From Mobula birostris (taxonomy: Eukaryota), in NCBI RefSeq assembly GCF_030028105.1, contig NC_092385.1:36732774-36796773 (forward strand): DNA of 64,000 bases, written 5' to 3'. Each line of letters begins with the position of its first letter. Position 1 is the first letter of the stretch. This document shows positions 25,526 to 38,743 of this stretch, one piece after another. The notes under the pieces were generated by a model that saw only the letters and a list, made by a program, of their open reading frames with translations, did no database searches and was not told the origin of the DNA. The translations under genes were made by a program, and so were the position numbers.

Positions 25526-28500
25526 TTTAATTTTTTAAAATTTTACTTCCTGGCGCCTAGGTGCAACTCGAATAGCAGCAGTATAAAGAATGATACAAAG
25601 ATCATAACAACATTGAAACTTAAAAGATAATTAAGTGTATATGAGTTCATATTTTGGAAAGGTCAAATATTTACTCTCACTTTCAATTCTGCTTTCTCAG
25701 CAGCAACAGATAAATAGCTCACAGAAGTAAACCAATTGTAAATTGGTATATTTTACATGTCAAGTTAAATAGAATGCTGCTTCTACTGTTTTTCATAACT
25801 CTAGTGTTGAAAATAACAATATGTTACTATTCTCCTCTTAATACATTTTTAATTTTAGGCTATAATATCCTCATTTTACAATTCCAATCTTATTTTGTAC
25901 AACTTTTCTAGCCAGATAGGAAAACAATTATTTGACATCCAGCTTTCTAAGGCAAAGTAACTTTCACATCCATGGCACAGAAAAGGTGCAACTTCCAGCA
26001 CCGAGTGCACACACCCAAGTAAATTATTCTTATGTGAACTTGATGAGTTAATAGTGGGAGGCAAAAGATAATAACTGGATAGATAAAGGAACAAAATAAT
26101 GCATTAAAACAAGTGTAAATGGAATAGCAGAATCATAATCTAGTGATGCTGTGTACAGGTGGATTGAATGTTGCTGAATGAAAGGCCAGGCCTATCCCTC
26201 AAGAAATTAAAAAGTTAGAAGCAGAAGGGTTGTGAGTCTTTCAGGTATAAAAATAACAAAGGAATTGTAATCTCAAAGTTCAAACTAAATTTATTAAAAA
26301 GGATGTACTGTATGGTAGAGGTGTTGCCATGCCTTCTTTGTAATAGTACTTACATGCTAGTCCCAGGACAGATCATCTGAAATTAAAACACCAAGGAATT
26401 TAAAGTTACTGATGCTCTCTACCTCTGATCCCCTGATGAAGACTGGCTCATGGACCAGTCTTTCAAGCCAATTCTTTTACTGAGATTTCAGACAGTTATA
26501 AATATTCTTTTTATTTCTGCCTGAACAGTTTTTTTTGCAGAACAACAGTTCAGTTAGAGGTACTGATGTGAGTCTGAAATGTTAGGTCTGTCTCTTCTCT
26601 CTACAGATGTTGCTAATCAACTGAGTGTGTCCATCATTTATTTGAATTAATGAACATTATACCTTGATACTTCCAAATTTCCTTTCACTTTTCCTTTTCA
26701 ACAGTTCTTCACCATTTATACAATGCAGAGTGAAGCTTTAAAACATTACAAAATTAGTAGTGACAGATCATGGAAATTCTTGTCATTCATTCTAGGATTT
26801 ACAAATTCTTGATTGAAATTTCTTTTTAGCCATAAGACAGAAACAAAATCTGATCAGTGCTCTCTGGATAGCAGTTTTAATGGGTATGTCTGTGACAAGA
26901 TTAGCAGATAGCCACTAGTGTTATATAAGAGTCAAAATTAGATTAAGGGTACCAGGCTGAGCTTTTAAACCCTAAAAGTGAAAACATTTATACTGGATGA
27001 TTCTGTTTTTAATGTGATTGGTGCTTGAATTAGCTAAATGACCTGTAACCTCTCAAGAATAAGTAAGGGATAATTTTAGGGATCAAGACAAAGCCTCCCA
27101 GAGATTTAGTGCACACCACACACTAATACATGAAGGAATGCCGATAATTAGCTTTGCTGCTTTCATTCTTTTGGTTGTTTTTTTTTAAATTCACTGCTTT
27201 GAAATAATGCCTACAGGTTCATTATCCACAGGTTTAAAGTCTGAACTGTTGCTGTCAAACAAAAGCATATTGTATGATGAATGGTAGTTGCCATGTCCTG
27301 TGTGCAATGTGCAGGCATGAACAAACATAGCAGTGCATTTCCTTTGTTTATTGAGGTACTGTCTAGTATTATTTACTATGAATCATTTGAAATTCAAGGA
27401 GTTAAATTTGGTGAGTTGAGCACCCAGGTTATTAGATTGAATGTTGTCCATTACCGTGTATAAATTTGACAAGCAGTTCCATCTAGTTGTATTACAGCAT
27501 TAAGCTTATAAAATGGGATCTCAAGCTGTTTCATCATTTTAATTGAAGGAATTGCGTTTATCGTGTGAACATTTTTCAGTAAAACTCAAAAAGATTCATG
27601 ATCAACTAACCCTTGGCAGGTGATCCTCATGTTCTTGACTATGTTTTGATTAAATCCTTTTTAAATGGGGAGGAAACAACTTAACTTGAACACTTAGCTC
27701 AGTTAAGTAATGGAAAACAAGTCTATTTATTTTAATGACTGTGGTTGCATTTAAAGTACATATTTTTTTGAAATAATGTTGAATTCTTCATCTTTCAGCG
27801 CATGTATGCTTAACACCGTATGATAGTTTGATTCACAAACCCACAGGGTTCCACATTATTGTGCTGGATTAGTTGGCTTCAGTAGAGCAATGTTGTCTGT
27901 GGAAAAGATGAAGAAAATTTGTTGAGGATTTCCTTAACTGATTAGTAACAGCTGAGGTTTGCTGAAAAAATATGTATGTGTGGGAATCAAGTGAGGAATA
28001 TTTCAACTTCAGCTGTGATGATCTTATGGTCAAGTAGTCTGCTTGCGTTTTAGGTTTGCATGTCAGCTGTGGAAAATTGGACTAAGTTCATGAAGATTGT
28101 TTGCACTTATGGAATTCTACCTCTTGACTGATGAGCGTCAGAAGCAAAAGACAAGCTCTTAATTCTCGGCAAATTACTGTTGTGGTTGCTTAGGAAGCAG
28201 CATATTATATGATGAAGCAAAGACAGAGAGATAATTCTATTTAAACATATTTAAATTATCTGGGAACAGTTAATATTTGCAAATTTAATAGGTTTTTGTG
28301 AAAAATGTTAAAGCTTATTATTTTAGTACAGGTAGATTGATCATAAAATGTGAACCAGTGAAAGATTCAATTGTACTTCAGATTAAATGGTATTTGTTTC
28401 TGGGCCAGCTTTTATTTTGATGATTTTTGTTATCATATGTGATTACTTTTTGAGAACATGGTTTTATTGGACCAAGAATTCAGTGCAACTTACACCAATC

Positions 28501-28759
28501 ATCTACTGTCATCCAGCATCTCCAATGCTATTTCCAACACAGTGTAATGGTTTAGTTGTCAGCTGAACATTTTCAGAGCGTTTCTCAGCATGGTATGCTA
28601 TGGAAATTCAAAATGTGAATCAATAGTTTATAGGAATCAATTTTACAACAGCCAACTAGCTTTTAAGAACTAGACTAATGATAAGTACGGAAATACTATA
28701 ATAGTCTTCAAAATCAGAAATTCTGGAAGAGGCAAACTGAGCTTGACGTTCAATATGAT

Positions 28760-29700
28760 CATCCCTCAGAAGCTGGTGGGTAACTGCCCTCATTAGGTAC
28801 CAACACCTCTATAACTGGATCCTGGACTACTTAACAGAAAGGCCCCAATCAGTCTATGTTGGGAGATGCATCTCTATCTCCATCACGCTGAGCACTGGCA
28901 CTCCCCAGTGCTACATCCTCAACCCCCGCTTTTCATACTGCTGATGCACAACTGCACTGCTAGATCCACTTCAAACCATTCATGTCTCCTTCATGGAGAC
29001 AGATAGGAGCATCAAGTCTCTGGGAATGCACATAATGGACAATCACACCTCTTCTGTTTACATCATCTCTTTAGGCACAAAAGCACAACAGCATCTCCAT
29101 TTCCTGAGGAGCCTGAGGAAAGTGAGGCATCCCCCACCCCACCATCCTAACAATTTTTTTTTACACAGGAGCACCATGCAGAAAGTCCTGACCAGCTGCA
29201 TCAGTCTAGTACAGGAATTCCTAGGCATCTGACTGTAAGACCCTTCAAAGGATTGCAAGGGTTGCTGGGGATCATTGGGGTCTCCCTTCCACCTATCCAA
29301 AATATTTATCTGGAGTGCTGTGAATGCAGGGCGCTTAGATTTCTCATGATCCTTCCTATCCATCCAATAATCTCTTTGACCCCTACCATCGAGCAGGAGG
29401 TACTGTAGCATTAGGACAAAAACAGTTAAGATGGGCAACAGCTTCTTCCCCCAGGCAGAACTCCATGCCAGCACCCAGGTCTCCTCATGTATAAAGCACC
29501 AGTAGAATTATACTCTTTATTTTTTAACTTGTGTCTTAAATGCACCTTATTATTTATTAATTTATTTGTGGTAATATTGCTTTATGTGTTATGTGTATGA
29601 GTTGTATGTACTGTGTAGTGCACCGTGCTCCAGAGGAATGTTGTTTCATTTGGCGGTATACATGTGTACAGTTGAATGACAGCTGAACTTGAATTTGAAA
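28760..29700 (+). mobile_element. Rex1/Babar-type LINE, internally deleted RT and 3' UTR
   Basis: [13 protein letters not shown]...LSTGTPQ motifs, KAQQHLHFLRSL, ends aacttgaatttgaa. Confidence 0.8.
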
Positions 29701-31281
29701 TCTTTGCTCTCAGTATAAGGTGCAGTTAAAAAAACTAACATGTATCTTCATCAGTGAATGATTTAATGCAACAAGGCCTGTGAATTTTACCACATGAAGG
29801 TCTGTGATGAAGATTAAAACTATTTTGAGGAATCACACGACAGTGAGGGAAAAATGTTTTTTCAGCTGTAAATGTAAGGAGAATTTAGATAGTCTCTGAA
29901 GATAGCAACTGTGTGCATAGATTCTGTACCAAGTGAATTACTCAATTTTACCCCAACAAGGAATTAATTCAATGTCCTTTAGAATGTAATTGGGAATTAC
30001 AAAGGTAAGCTAAGCATTTGTATTTTACTACTGAGGAGAACTGCTGTGTTTGTTGACATAAACACTGAAGTAGTTTACATCCCACCTACAACATCTCCCA
30101 GGCTTCCCTTTGCCCAGTTTATCTCGTATATTGGTGAAAACACAGAGCAAAAGCTGATCATCAATGACTGAACCTTTCTCTGGATCTGGCTTGACTCAGG
30201 CCACACCTTGCACTGACTAACCCTGACCAATTCCCACGGATACACTAACCTGTAGCAGCCCGCTGGAACAACATGCATTATGGGCCTTGCTGCCTAATCT
30301 CAAGACTGTGGATATTGAAACTAGTTCTACAGGAAAGGGTGTTTTCAAATGTTTTGGAATGTCTCTCATATTTTGAAACAATCAAAAACTATTGAAATTG
30401 CTTTAGATATTCAAAAAAGTTCTAGCTTTATTTAGAAAACTTAAATTTACTTATAAACACATCTACCACATTTTAAAAACATCAACGTTAGTTGAAGGTA
30501 AAAAAGAAAACACTTGTCTGTTCAGTCTGGTAAACCATCCTTTTCAGATTAGTTGAGAGTTGTGACATGCACCATCCATGACTGGTATGAAGTTGAAAGG
30601 CTGGATATAAATTGCATCCACCCCCTCAGCTTGGCACAACTAAGTTATGCCCTGAACATAGTGCTGAATCTAGCAGTGGAGGAGCTTCCTTGCCTTCTGC
30701 GCAGTGCAAGTCAGGGGTATGAACCAGCACACTACTGTTCTCTATGAAACAGTTAGCTGAAGAGGAACCATTTCAGATCATTATACAGCCAAGTGTAAGA
30801 TGACATAGTGTTATTTATTGTGAGTTGAGTTATTCCTTGAATAGTGGCTTAATCTGTGAATAAATGTTATGGGTATTAGAATTAACAGTCTGCTGATTTA
30901 CATCTAAACATTTCTTTTTCGGATTAGAAAATCATAGCAAATGATTTAGCAGTATCCAAAAATTGCAGTCAACAGTCTGAAGTGCTATATCCTACAGTTT
31001 TATTACGCTGCATTTTACTTGACAATAGCATGTATGTAGAAAATGCTGGGTTACCTACCACACAGATATTTTTTTCATTGTGGAGCTCAATGTGCAGTCA
31101 TCTGTAGTAAAGTCCACTGTATTCTGAAACTTTTCCACTGGAGTTTGGGAAGTTCAATGTTTACAGAATTTTTGATTGTAGATAACCAGAATATAGAAGT
31201 AATAGTAAAGTGTTCTTCAAGAACAAGAAGCAAATTAATAATGTGTTCTGCCATTTTCAGAACCCATTACACAATAGAATT

Positions 31282-31501
31282 ATAAACATAAGAGATTCTG
31301 CAACGCTGGAAATCCAGAGCAGCCCACACAAAGTGTTTGAGGGATTCAGCAGGTCAGGCAGCATCTATAGAGAAGAGTAAACAGTCAACATTTTCTGCTG
31401 AGTTCCTTCATCATGAAGGATCTCAGCCCAACGTTTTGACTATTTATTCCTCTGCGTAGGTGCTGCCTGACTTGCTGAGTTCCTCCAGCATTTTGTGTGT
31501 G
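31282..31501. mobile_element. PLE-derived fold-back mini-element (tail on left)
   Basis: Arms meet at ccttcatca|tgaagg (~31413), within the CTGATGA core; perfect 15-bp repeat ttacacaatagaatt at 31267-31281 and 31502-31516. Confidence 0.88.
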
Positions 31502-33369
31502 TTACACAATAGAATTCTGTGGCTTCATTTTGTATAAAAATATAATTAACGCATTATGTACATTATAACATTATATCTATTGAATGATCAATTAAGTAGT
31601 TTCATATCATGACTCTTTATTTGAGTACTTTTATTTGTACTTGGTCCTGTTGAACAATTTATAGCTGTCGTAGTCACAAAGAAAATGCAGAAGCAATTGA
31701 CATTTTGCACTGGGTTTTACCAGATGGCAATTTTATTGCAATCATTATGACTGATTAAGTTGGTTTCTTAATGCATTTTATTTTGCTAAACATAACATTA
31801 CACATTCTGAGATGGTTGTCATTTTCTGAAAAGTCTTTTACCTGTAGCATTGTGAACCACCTGGCTGATAAACCAGTGATATATCAGTTCTGAAAATGGA
31901 TATCTTTGGTTTTACATGCACATAAAGTGTACAGATGGATAAGTATTTTACGTTTGGTGTCAGTGTAACCTGACAGGGGTTCTGAAACTAAAAGGAATTG
32001 CAAACAGCAAAAACGAACTACAATAGCGTCATGCATTTGTATTCAGAAACTGGAAAGGGAAGAATGAGCAGCTTACAGCATTCGCAAAGCTTTAAATGTG
32101 GCTAGGTATTAATTGGCAATTTAATGAATAAGATGATCCAATTTGAATATCACAACAAGGAATTAATCTTATTCATTAGAGAAAACAACACTGATTTCAA
32201 AATATCAGTGTCAAAATTGTTCCAGCTCAGTATTCAAAAACATTCTTCTTTTGGTTTGCTCAGAAAGAAAAATACTAATGTAGATTTTCTGCTGGCTGGC
32301 TGGATTCCTTTGCAAAACATTATAGGATAAACCATGTTGGACCACAGAATGTTTAAGCATTTTGAATTTTGCATTCAGTAGATAAGAGTAGACCAGATAT
32401 TCTCCAATGTTTACCCCATGGCTGTATTCTCTGTAGGCCATTTTTGGGAAGATATAGAAGGCTAAATTTTGGCAGAGGTGCAAAATTCACTGTGGTGGAT
32501 CGGCCATTTACTTAGCAGCCACTAACATCAAGGGAAAGCAAAATTATGTGCAACATTTAGAGCAGAAGCATAAAAAATGAAACAATGTAAGCCATTCAGC
32601 ATCTCAGCATATCAATACGTATGATACATGACCAATTCATCATCACTTGCTTTATGTTTTTTTTAAATTACATTGCACTCCAAAAGATCTTTGGACTTTT
32701 CAGTTCCCCGAAAATCATTTTTATTTTACCTTCAAGCTACGCTTTGAAGTTTGCAAGTCTCCTTGTTTTCTGGTGACAGGAAGATTTTTTTTTATATCAT
32801 TTGACCTCATCCAACTTGGCATGAAGGTTTCTGCCTGGGGTTTCTCAGGATCTATAAACATGGAGTGAAACCGTCCAGTGTTTGAGCTACTATGGACTTT
32901 TCTTTTTACTGATACTGAATTGCCAGAATGTACAATGATGTTCACATACTGTAGGTCTGTTTATTCTTTACCCTACTGTTACAGAAACAGTACTACTGCA
33001 AGCACATATTTGGTTAGTTCTCTAGAACTTGACCTCAATGAACTGGATAAACCTCCAGTAGATTTTTTATTTCAGTTTATGCCTCAAAAAACTTCTATTT
33101 GTACAGTTGAAACAGCATACTGTTTTTTTAAATTTGATAATAAATTATCTATTATACAGGGTTCTTTTATGCATAAAAAGACAAACTGATGTGATATATT
33201 TTTCATTGGATTGTTCCTACACTACAGATAAATCTTTCATTTTAACTGTATTCTTACCTTGAAATTTCTATTTTCCCTTAAGTTTTCTGACTTTCACCAC
33301 ACTGTAGTTTTCCATTTGTGATTACTGCCCAAGGTATTAATCTTCTCCTCCTATACTGGAACCTAGTAA

Positions 33370-34330
33370 AAGTGGAACAATAGTCAGCCATTTAGTCTCT
33401 CCAGTGTGTTCTATCATTCAGTGAAATCATGGCTAATCTCTGACCTGTATCAATATACACTACTGTTTTGAGCCAGTACACTATTTCTTATTGCAAAGTC
33501 ACAATTTTAAAGATTGATGTAGAATCAAAGAGATCTAAAGTTCCACCAGCTTTTGCATGGATGATGGTTTGATAATGTTTTTACTTAAAAGCCTGGTTTT
33601 AATACTTAGACTGTGCCCCTACTCCTCGTCTCCACAACTAACTCATATAATTTCTCCTAATTCACCACATTATTATCCTCTGGAGAACTTGTACACTTCC
33701 ATCAACTAGTCTCATAGTCTTTTAAATTACAGGAAATGCATCTCAAGAATGCCTAACCTTACCTCATTACTTAACCTGTGATATCTGTGTCCTCCCAGCC
33801 TCTTGCAATTTTATGTTGTACCTACCAAAATAGTGATGTATCCAACATTGGCTGCAAATGATGTTTGTTACTTTAACCCTGTCAATCCTGGTAAGGATCA
33901 TATCATGTGACTAACTATTGAATGGTTGTAACTGTGTTTTGGTGATAAATATTCCAAAAAGTGACTTTGTTTTTAGTTGGAAATCTCTTGGTATCTTGGA
34001 GAAGTGAATATAGAAGATATTGAGAGTGTACTCTTCCAAGGCCAGTATATTCTTCCAAAGTTGTAGTGGTTAGGGCTGCACCAGCATTTTGCTGGTCTGG
34101 TCTAATCACAGCTTTATGGTCATATTGATGTAGTATAACCTTATCATTTCCAGTCCTCTAAATAAAATTCATCATCATCTTTACAAATGTCTTTAGATTG
34201 CCACTGCTCAAAGTTTTAAACCATTTGGAAATATATGGTTCTGTTTTTATAGTGCAATGTGGGTGACTTAACTACCTATTTTGAAATCCATTTGCCACAA
34301 TTTTGCCCGTTTGTCCAATCGGTTAATATA
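33370..34330 (-). mobile_element. Old, highly decayed CR1-type LINE 3' part
   Basis: Residual reverse-strand signatures (cagccatttagtctctc, gcaccagcattttgctggtctggtcta, ttgaaatccatttgccacaattttgccc). Confidence 0.45.
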
Positions 34331-34733
34331 TATTTGTTCGTCTGTGTTATTTATTTATATGGATCAGGCAGCAAGCTTACTGTTTCTTTAGCATTTGTCT
34401 GTTTTTTACGAGGATGAGTTGCTAGCTTGATGGTCATTCCAGCATGGATGGAAAGTGTGCAAGGAGCCTGCCAGATTTGAATGGGCATAAACACACACGT
34501 GTGTGCATGTGTATGTGCATATTTATTTATTTTTAAAATTTTTACTTAAATTACTTAACATGCCTCTGTGTCATTTCTAAGTTCTCTAAGTTTAAATATG
34601 TGTGTTACTATTCCATAATCTGAGACATTTCTAAATATCATAAATAGTTCTGGTCTGACTTTAATATTTGCAAGAACCTATTAGTTATATTCTGCCAATT
34701 TGATTATGTGCCACTGTTTTCCCTCCTTTCCAA

Positions 34734-35035
34734 GTGGCCAAGTGGTTAAGGCATTTGTCTAGTGATTTGAAGGTTGCTAGTTTGAGCCTTGGCTGAGGCA
34801 GCGTGTGTGTTCTTGAGCAAGGCACTTAACCACACATTGCTCTGCGACGACACCGGTGCCAAACTGTATGGGTCCTAATGCCCTTCCCTTGGATAACATC
34901 AGTGGTGTGGAGAGGGGAGACTTGCAGCATGGGCAACTGCTGGTCTTCCATACAACCTTGCCCAGGCCTGTGCCCTGGAAACTTTCCAAGGCACAAATCC
35001 ATGGTCTCATGAGACTAACGGATGCCTATATATAT
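34734..35035 (+). mobile_element. tRNA-derived CORE-like SINE
   Basis: A-box gtggccaagtggttaagg, B-box-like agtttgagcc, CORE-like gtgttcttgagcaaggcacttaacc, ends (TA)n. Confidence 0.7.
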
Positions 35036-35039
35036 AGAG

Positions 35040-35664
35040 GCAGGAGGAGAAGATGGCAGCGCGACGCAGCACGCGCAGCTCTCCGGTGAAATGATATCGT
35101 TTCTGTTAAATAGGGGCTGTGGACAATTCTGATTTGATGAAGACAGATGTGAGAAGCAGAGGAACATCTGGAGAAATTTCTGAAATGCCTGGTTCGCCGC
35201 CGTCGTTACTGTGCGATCGAGAATCTCCGGAGGGTAGGCCCCAAAATCCCTGGGTTTACCTGCTGCTGGTGACCGAGGCTGAGGTCGAAACGTTCAGATA
35301 GAGATGGAGCTCGGTATTTGGTGTCAGAGGGCTGATCAGAGCTCGAAGTTTTTGGACGACTCAGAGTCGAACTGTGGTCGGGCATGGCAGGGAGAGTTTT
35401 CTTCCTCCTCCCGTCTGTGTGAGATGTGGGACTTTCGAGAAACTTTGAACTTTTTTTTACTGTGCCATGGACTGTTCTTCATCAAGTTCTGGTATTGTTG
35501 CACTGTTGTAACTATATGTTATAATTACATGGTTTTTGTTAGTTTTTCAGTCTTGGTCTGTCCTGTGTTTCTGTGATATCACACCGGAAGAATATTATAT
35601 CATTTCTTAATGCATGCATTACTAAATGACAATAAAAGAGGACTATGTGTCCTCATAATCTAAT
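35040..35664 (+). mobile_element. Non-autonomous LINE-derived element, CpG-retaining
   Basis: Starts aagatggcagcgcg (YY1-like motif common at LINE 5' ends); CpG-rich 5' half; ends taaatgacaataaaagaggactatgtgtcctcataatctaat. Confidence 0.6.
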
Positions 35665-35689
35665 ATTTACCTCCACTCACAATTGTTCA

Positions 35690-37620
35690 GTGGGTTTTTC
35701 AGGCAAGAAAATAATTTCTCTTCAGTTCTATGAGCTTCAACTTTAGGTCAGTTTCTTATGAAGAACTTTTACAAAAGCCTTTCTGAATATCCCCATCGAT
35801 ACATCCATGGTAAGTCCCCCATCCACAAAGTACTTGCTTTGACTTCTTAAAAACAAAGTACAGGTTCATTAGTCCTGTCCATCTCTGGTCAACTGAAAAG
35901 TGTTAGTCATTCTGTCCTTAATTATAAACATGAGTAATTTCCTAACAACAAATGTTGTTGAATTATTTCCTGATTGGCCTCTCTGATTTTTCTTTAGTAG
36001 AGATTTGACATGTGTAGCTTTTAAAATTAAGAAATGCTACTCAAGAGAATTTAGGAAAAAATATATATTTAGGGCACCGACACAGTACTTGCTTTCTTTA
36101 AAGTTCATGGGTAGAAGTCTAAGAGATTTGCAAACCTTTAGTGCCATTATTTTCATTATCTTGCATTAATTTTGTGACACTCAGCCCTCAATTTAATAAT
36201 ATTTTCTCTTTGACTGTCTGGAGTATTCTTACAGTCCTCCACTGTAAACATCAATAAGGAGTAGTATTTAAGATACCTTCTATTTTATTTTTCTGTTACA
36301 ATTTCAATGTCATCTGTTTTTAAGAGGCCCAGCCAGTCTTGATCATTATCATATTCCTAAAATGGTTATAAAGTAGCAAGTTATTATTTTTGCTATTCCT
36401 TGCAAAATCCCTTCCATTTTCTTTTTGTACTTTCTCTTTTTCCCTTTTTGTTTTTAATTTTCCCTAACTGACTATGGAAGCTTTGTGATTGCAACCTTTC
36501 AATGGTAAACCCGCTCATTTTCCTCAGGCGCAAGTTAGTATCTGTAAGTATGTGACTGTTAAGGCCAAAGGAAAATATGGATAGATTTAATTTTCTGTGT
36601 TCATTTAAGTTTTTGCTCAAACCTGGTTCCTTTTATAGCTTTGGACTACAAACTGATTTGCACCACAAGTTATTTTGTGAGTTTTACTCATGAGTAGATT
36701 TTCCAGGTTTTGTGCCAACTATCTATATTATAGTGAATTTATCCTTGCACATTGAATACTACACCAAATCCTGTATCCTGCTGGAAAAATTTTCCTTTAT
36801 CATTTCCTGTTAAGTAAAGCTGACTTGTAACTGAATTCAAAATGGGTTTCCCTCGTTATCTCTAGGAGATATTGTCAACATATAAGCTGGAAATTTAGCA
36901 CCTACCAGACATGATTTAGTCTCTTTATCTCAAGCTACATGTTTAACCTCTGCATTTATGTACTTTACCACCTCCAGGGATGTAAGCAAGGGTTTATATT
37001 CCAATCCTCTTTTAGGGTCTTAAATTCTTGTCTGTAAGTTATTGTCCCTAATATTTGTTATATTTTCTCCTGCAGCCCCCAATCCCCACCCTAAGTATTT
37101 CCTCTGATCTTTTCAGAGCACTTGACATGATCTGAAGTTATGGCTGAATCCACATAGTCCAACACCACTGCTACCTCTGTCTTCTCCTTCAGTGTGGATA
37201 AATTCTCAGACAATTTGATGATGTGCAATACTGCATGAACAGCAATTTCTTCCATTTAAATAGCAGGAAGGAATTTTTTGCAATCTTGGCATTCACTCAA
37301 TTATGTCTGGAGTGAAGCTTTGAACGGACTATCCTTTCCATTGGAAAGACTGCCTTCTTCCACATTCCTGACTCATTCTTTCTTTCCGTCTGTCCAAGAC
37401 CACCTGCTGCTTCTGCTTTTTCGTCCTCCATGTCTCAAGCTATTCCATTGTTCTGGTAAACTACCCACTCTGCACAGTCCTGAAGTTCATGAAAAATCAC
37501 TTCATTACTCCTAAACTACACCAAGTCACATTGCTTCATCACCTCTCTGCATTCTCAACTATATCGTTGACTTTGTATAGTCACCTCCAAATTTCAATGA
37601 TCACCTTATGTCCCTTTGGT
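35690..37620 (-). mobile_element. Old decayed CR1-type LINE ORF2
   Basis: Scattered reverse-strand remnants (caaaagcctttctgaatatcc = DIQKGF; tcacctccaaatttcaatgatcac; tatagtcacctcc). Confidence 0.45.
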
Positions 37621-37636
37621 AAACAGATATAATATA

Positions 37637-38743
37637 CATTCAGTGGCCACTTTATTAGGTACAGGGAGTACAGGGGGTACCTAATAAAGTGGCCACTGAG
37701 TGTATGTTCGTGGTCTTCTGCTTCAAGGTTTGATATGTTGAGCATTCAGAGATGCTCTTCAGCAAATCACGGTTGTAAAGTGTAGTTATTTGAGTTACTG
37801 TTGCCTTCTTATCAGCTTGAACTAGTCTGGTCATTCTTAAGGTTCGAAGTTCAAAAAAAAATTATTATCAAAGTTACATATATGTCATCACATAGTACCC
37901 TGAGGTTCATTTTATTGCAGGCGTTCGCAGTAATTAGGAAGAAACAAAATGGAATCAATGAAAACTGGCATGACAGCAAGGAACAAACAACTAATGGCAA
38001 ATACTAAAAGAAAAGACAGAGAAAAAGAAAATAATAAAAAGCAATAAATATTGAGAACATGAGTTGTAGAGTCATTAAAAGTGAGTCCATAGGTTGTGAA
38101 ATCAGTTCAGTGTTGGGGTGAGTGAAGTTATTCCCTCTGGTTAAAGACCCTGATGGTTGAGGTGTAATAACTATTCCTGAACCTGGTGGTCTCGGAACTG
38201 AGACTCCTTTGCCTTCTTCCAGATGCCAGCAGCGAGAAGAAACATGGCCTGGATGGTGGAAGTTTTTAATGATGGATACTGCTTTCCTGCCAAAGTGCTA
38301 CTTGTAAATGTGTTCAGTGATGGTGAGGGCTCTACCTGTGATGGACTGAGCTGTATCCACAATTTTTGGTAGATTTTTTCCCCCCTTAGACCTCCCTCAT
38401 TAACAAGATTTCACCCACAGAACTGCCACTTACTGGATGTTTTGTTTTTGCTTTTCACACCATTCTCTGTAAGCTCTAGTGACTGTTGCATGTGAAAACC
38501 CTAGGAGATCACCACTTTCTGAGATACTCAAACCACCCGTCTGACACCAACAATCATTCCACTGTCAAAGTCACTTAGGTCATATTTCTTTCCCATTCTG
38601 AAGTTTGGTCTGAATAACAACTGAACCCCTTGACCATGTCTGCATGCTTTTATGCACTGAGTTGCTCTCACATGATTAGCTGATTGGATATCGGCATTAA
38701 CGAGCAGTTGTACAGATGTATCTGATAAAGTAGTCACTGAGTG
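37637..38743 (-). mobile_element. Non-autonomous Tc1-like transposon with transposase N-terminus and an internal third TIR
   Basis: TA-flanked (37635-36, 38744-45) TIRs cattcagtggccactttattaggtac / gtatctgataaagtagtcactgagtg. Minus ORF contains MGKKYDLSDFDSGMIVGVRR (Tc1 HTH start). Confidence 0.85.
37840..38385 (-). mobile_element. Rex1/Babar-type LINE 3' end nested in the Tc1-like element
   Basis: Same 3' UTR as 17958-18345; the Tc1 sequence resumes afterwards (ccctcattaacaag). Confidence 0.8.

Noticed and set aside
32124-32160. MNKMIQFEYHNK as possible melanocyte exon 1M (MLEMLEYNHYQ)
   Set aside because: Weak similarity, no GT donor after it, no nearby CRE.
34734-34800. tRNA-like sequences here and at 19921, 21227 and 46146
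   Set aside because: A/B boxes lead into SINE bodies and no complete cloverleaf forms, so these are not tRNA genes.
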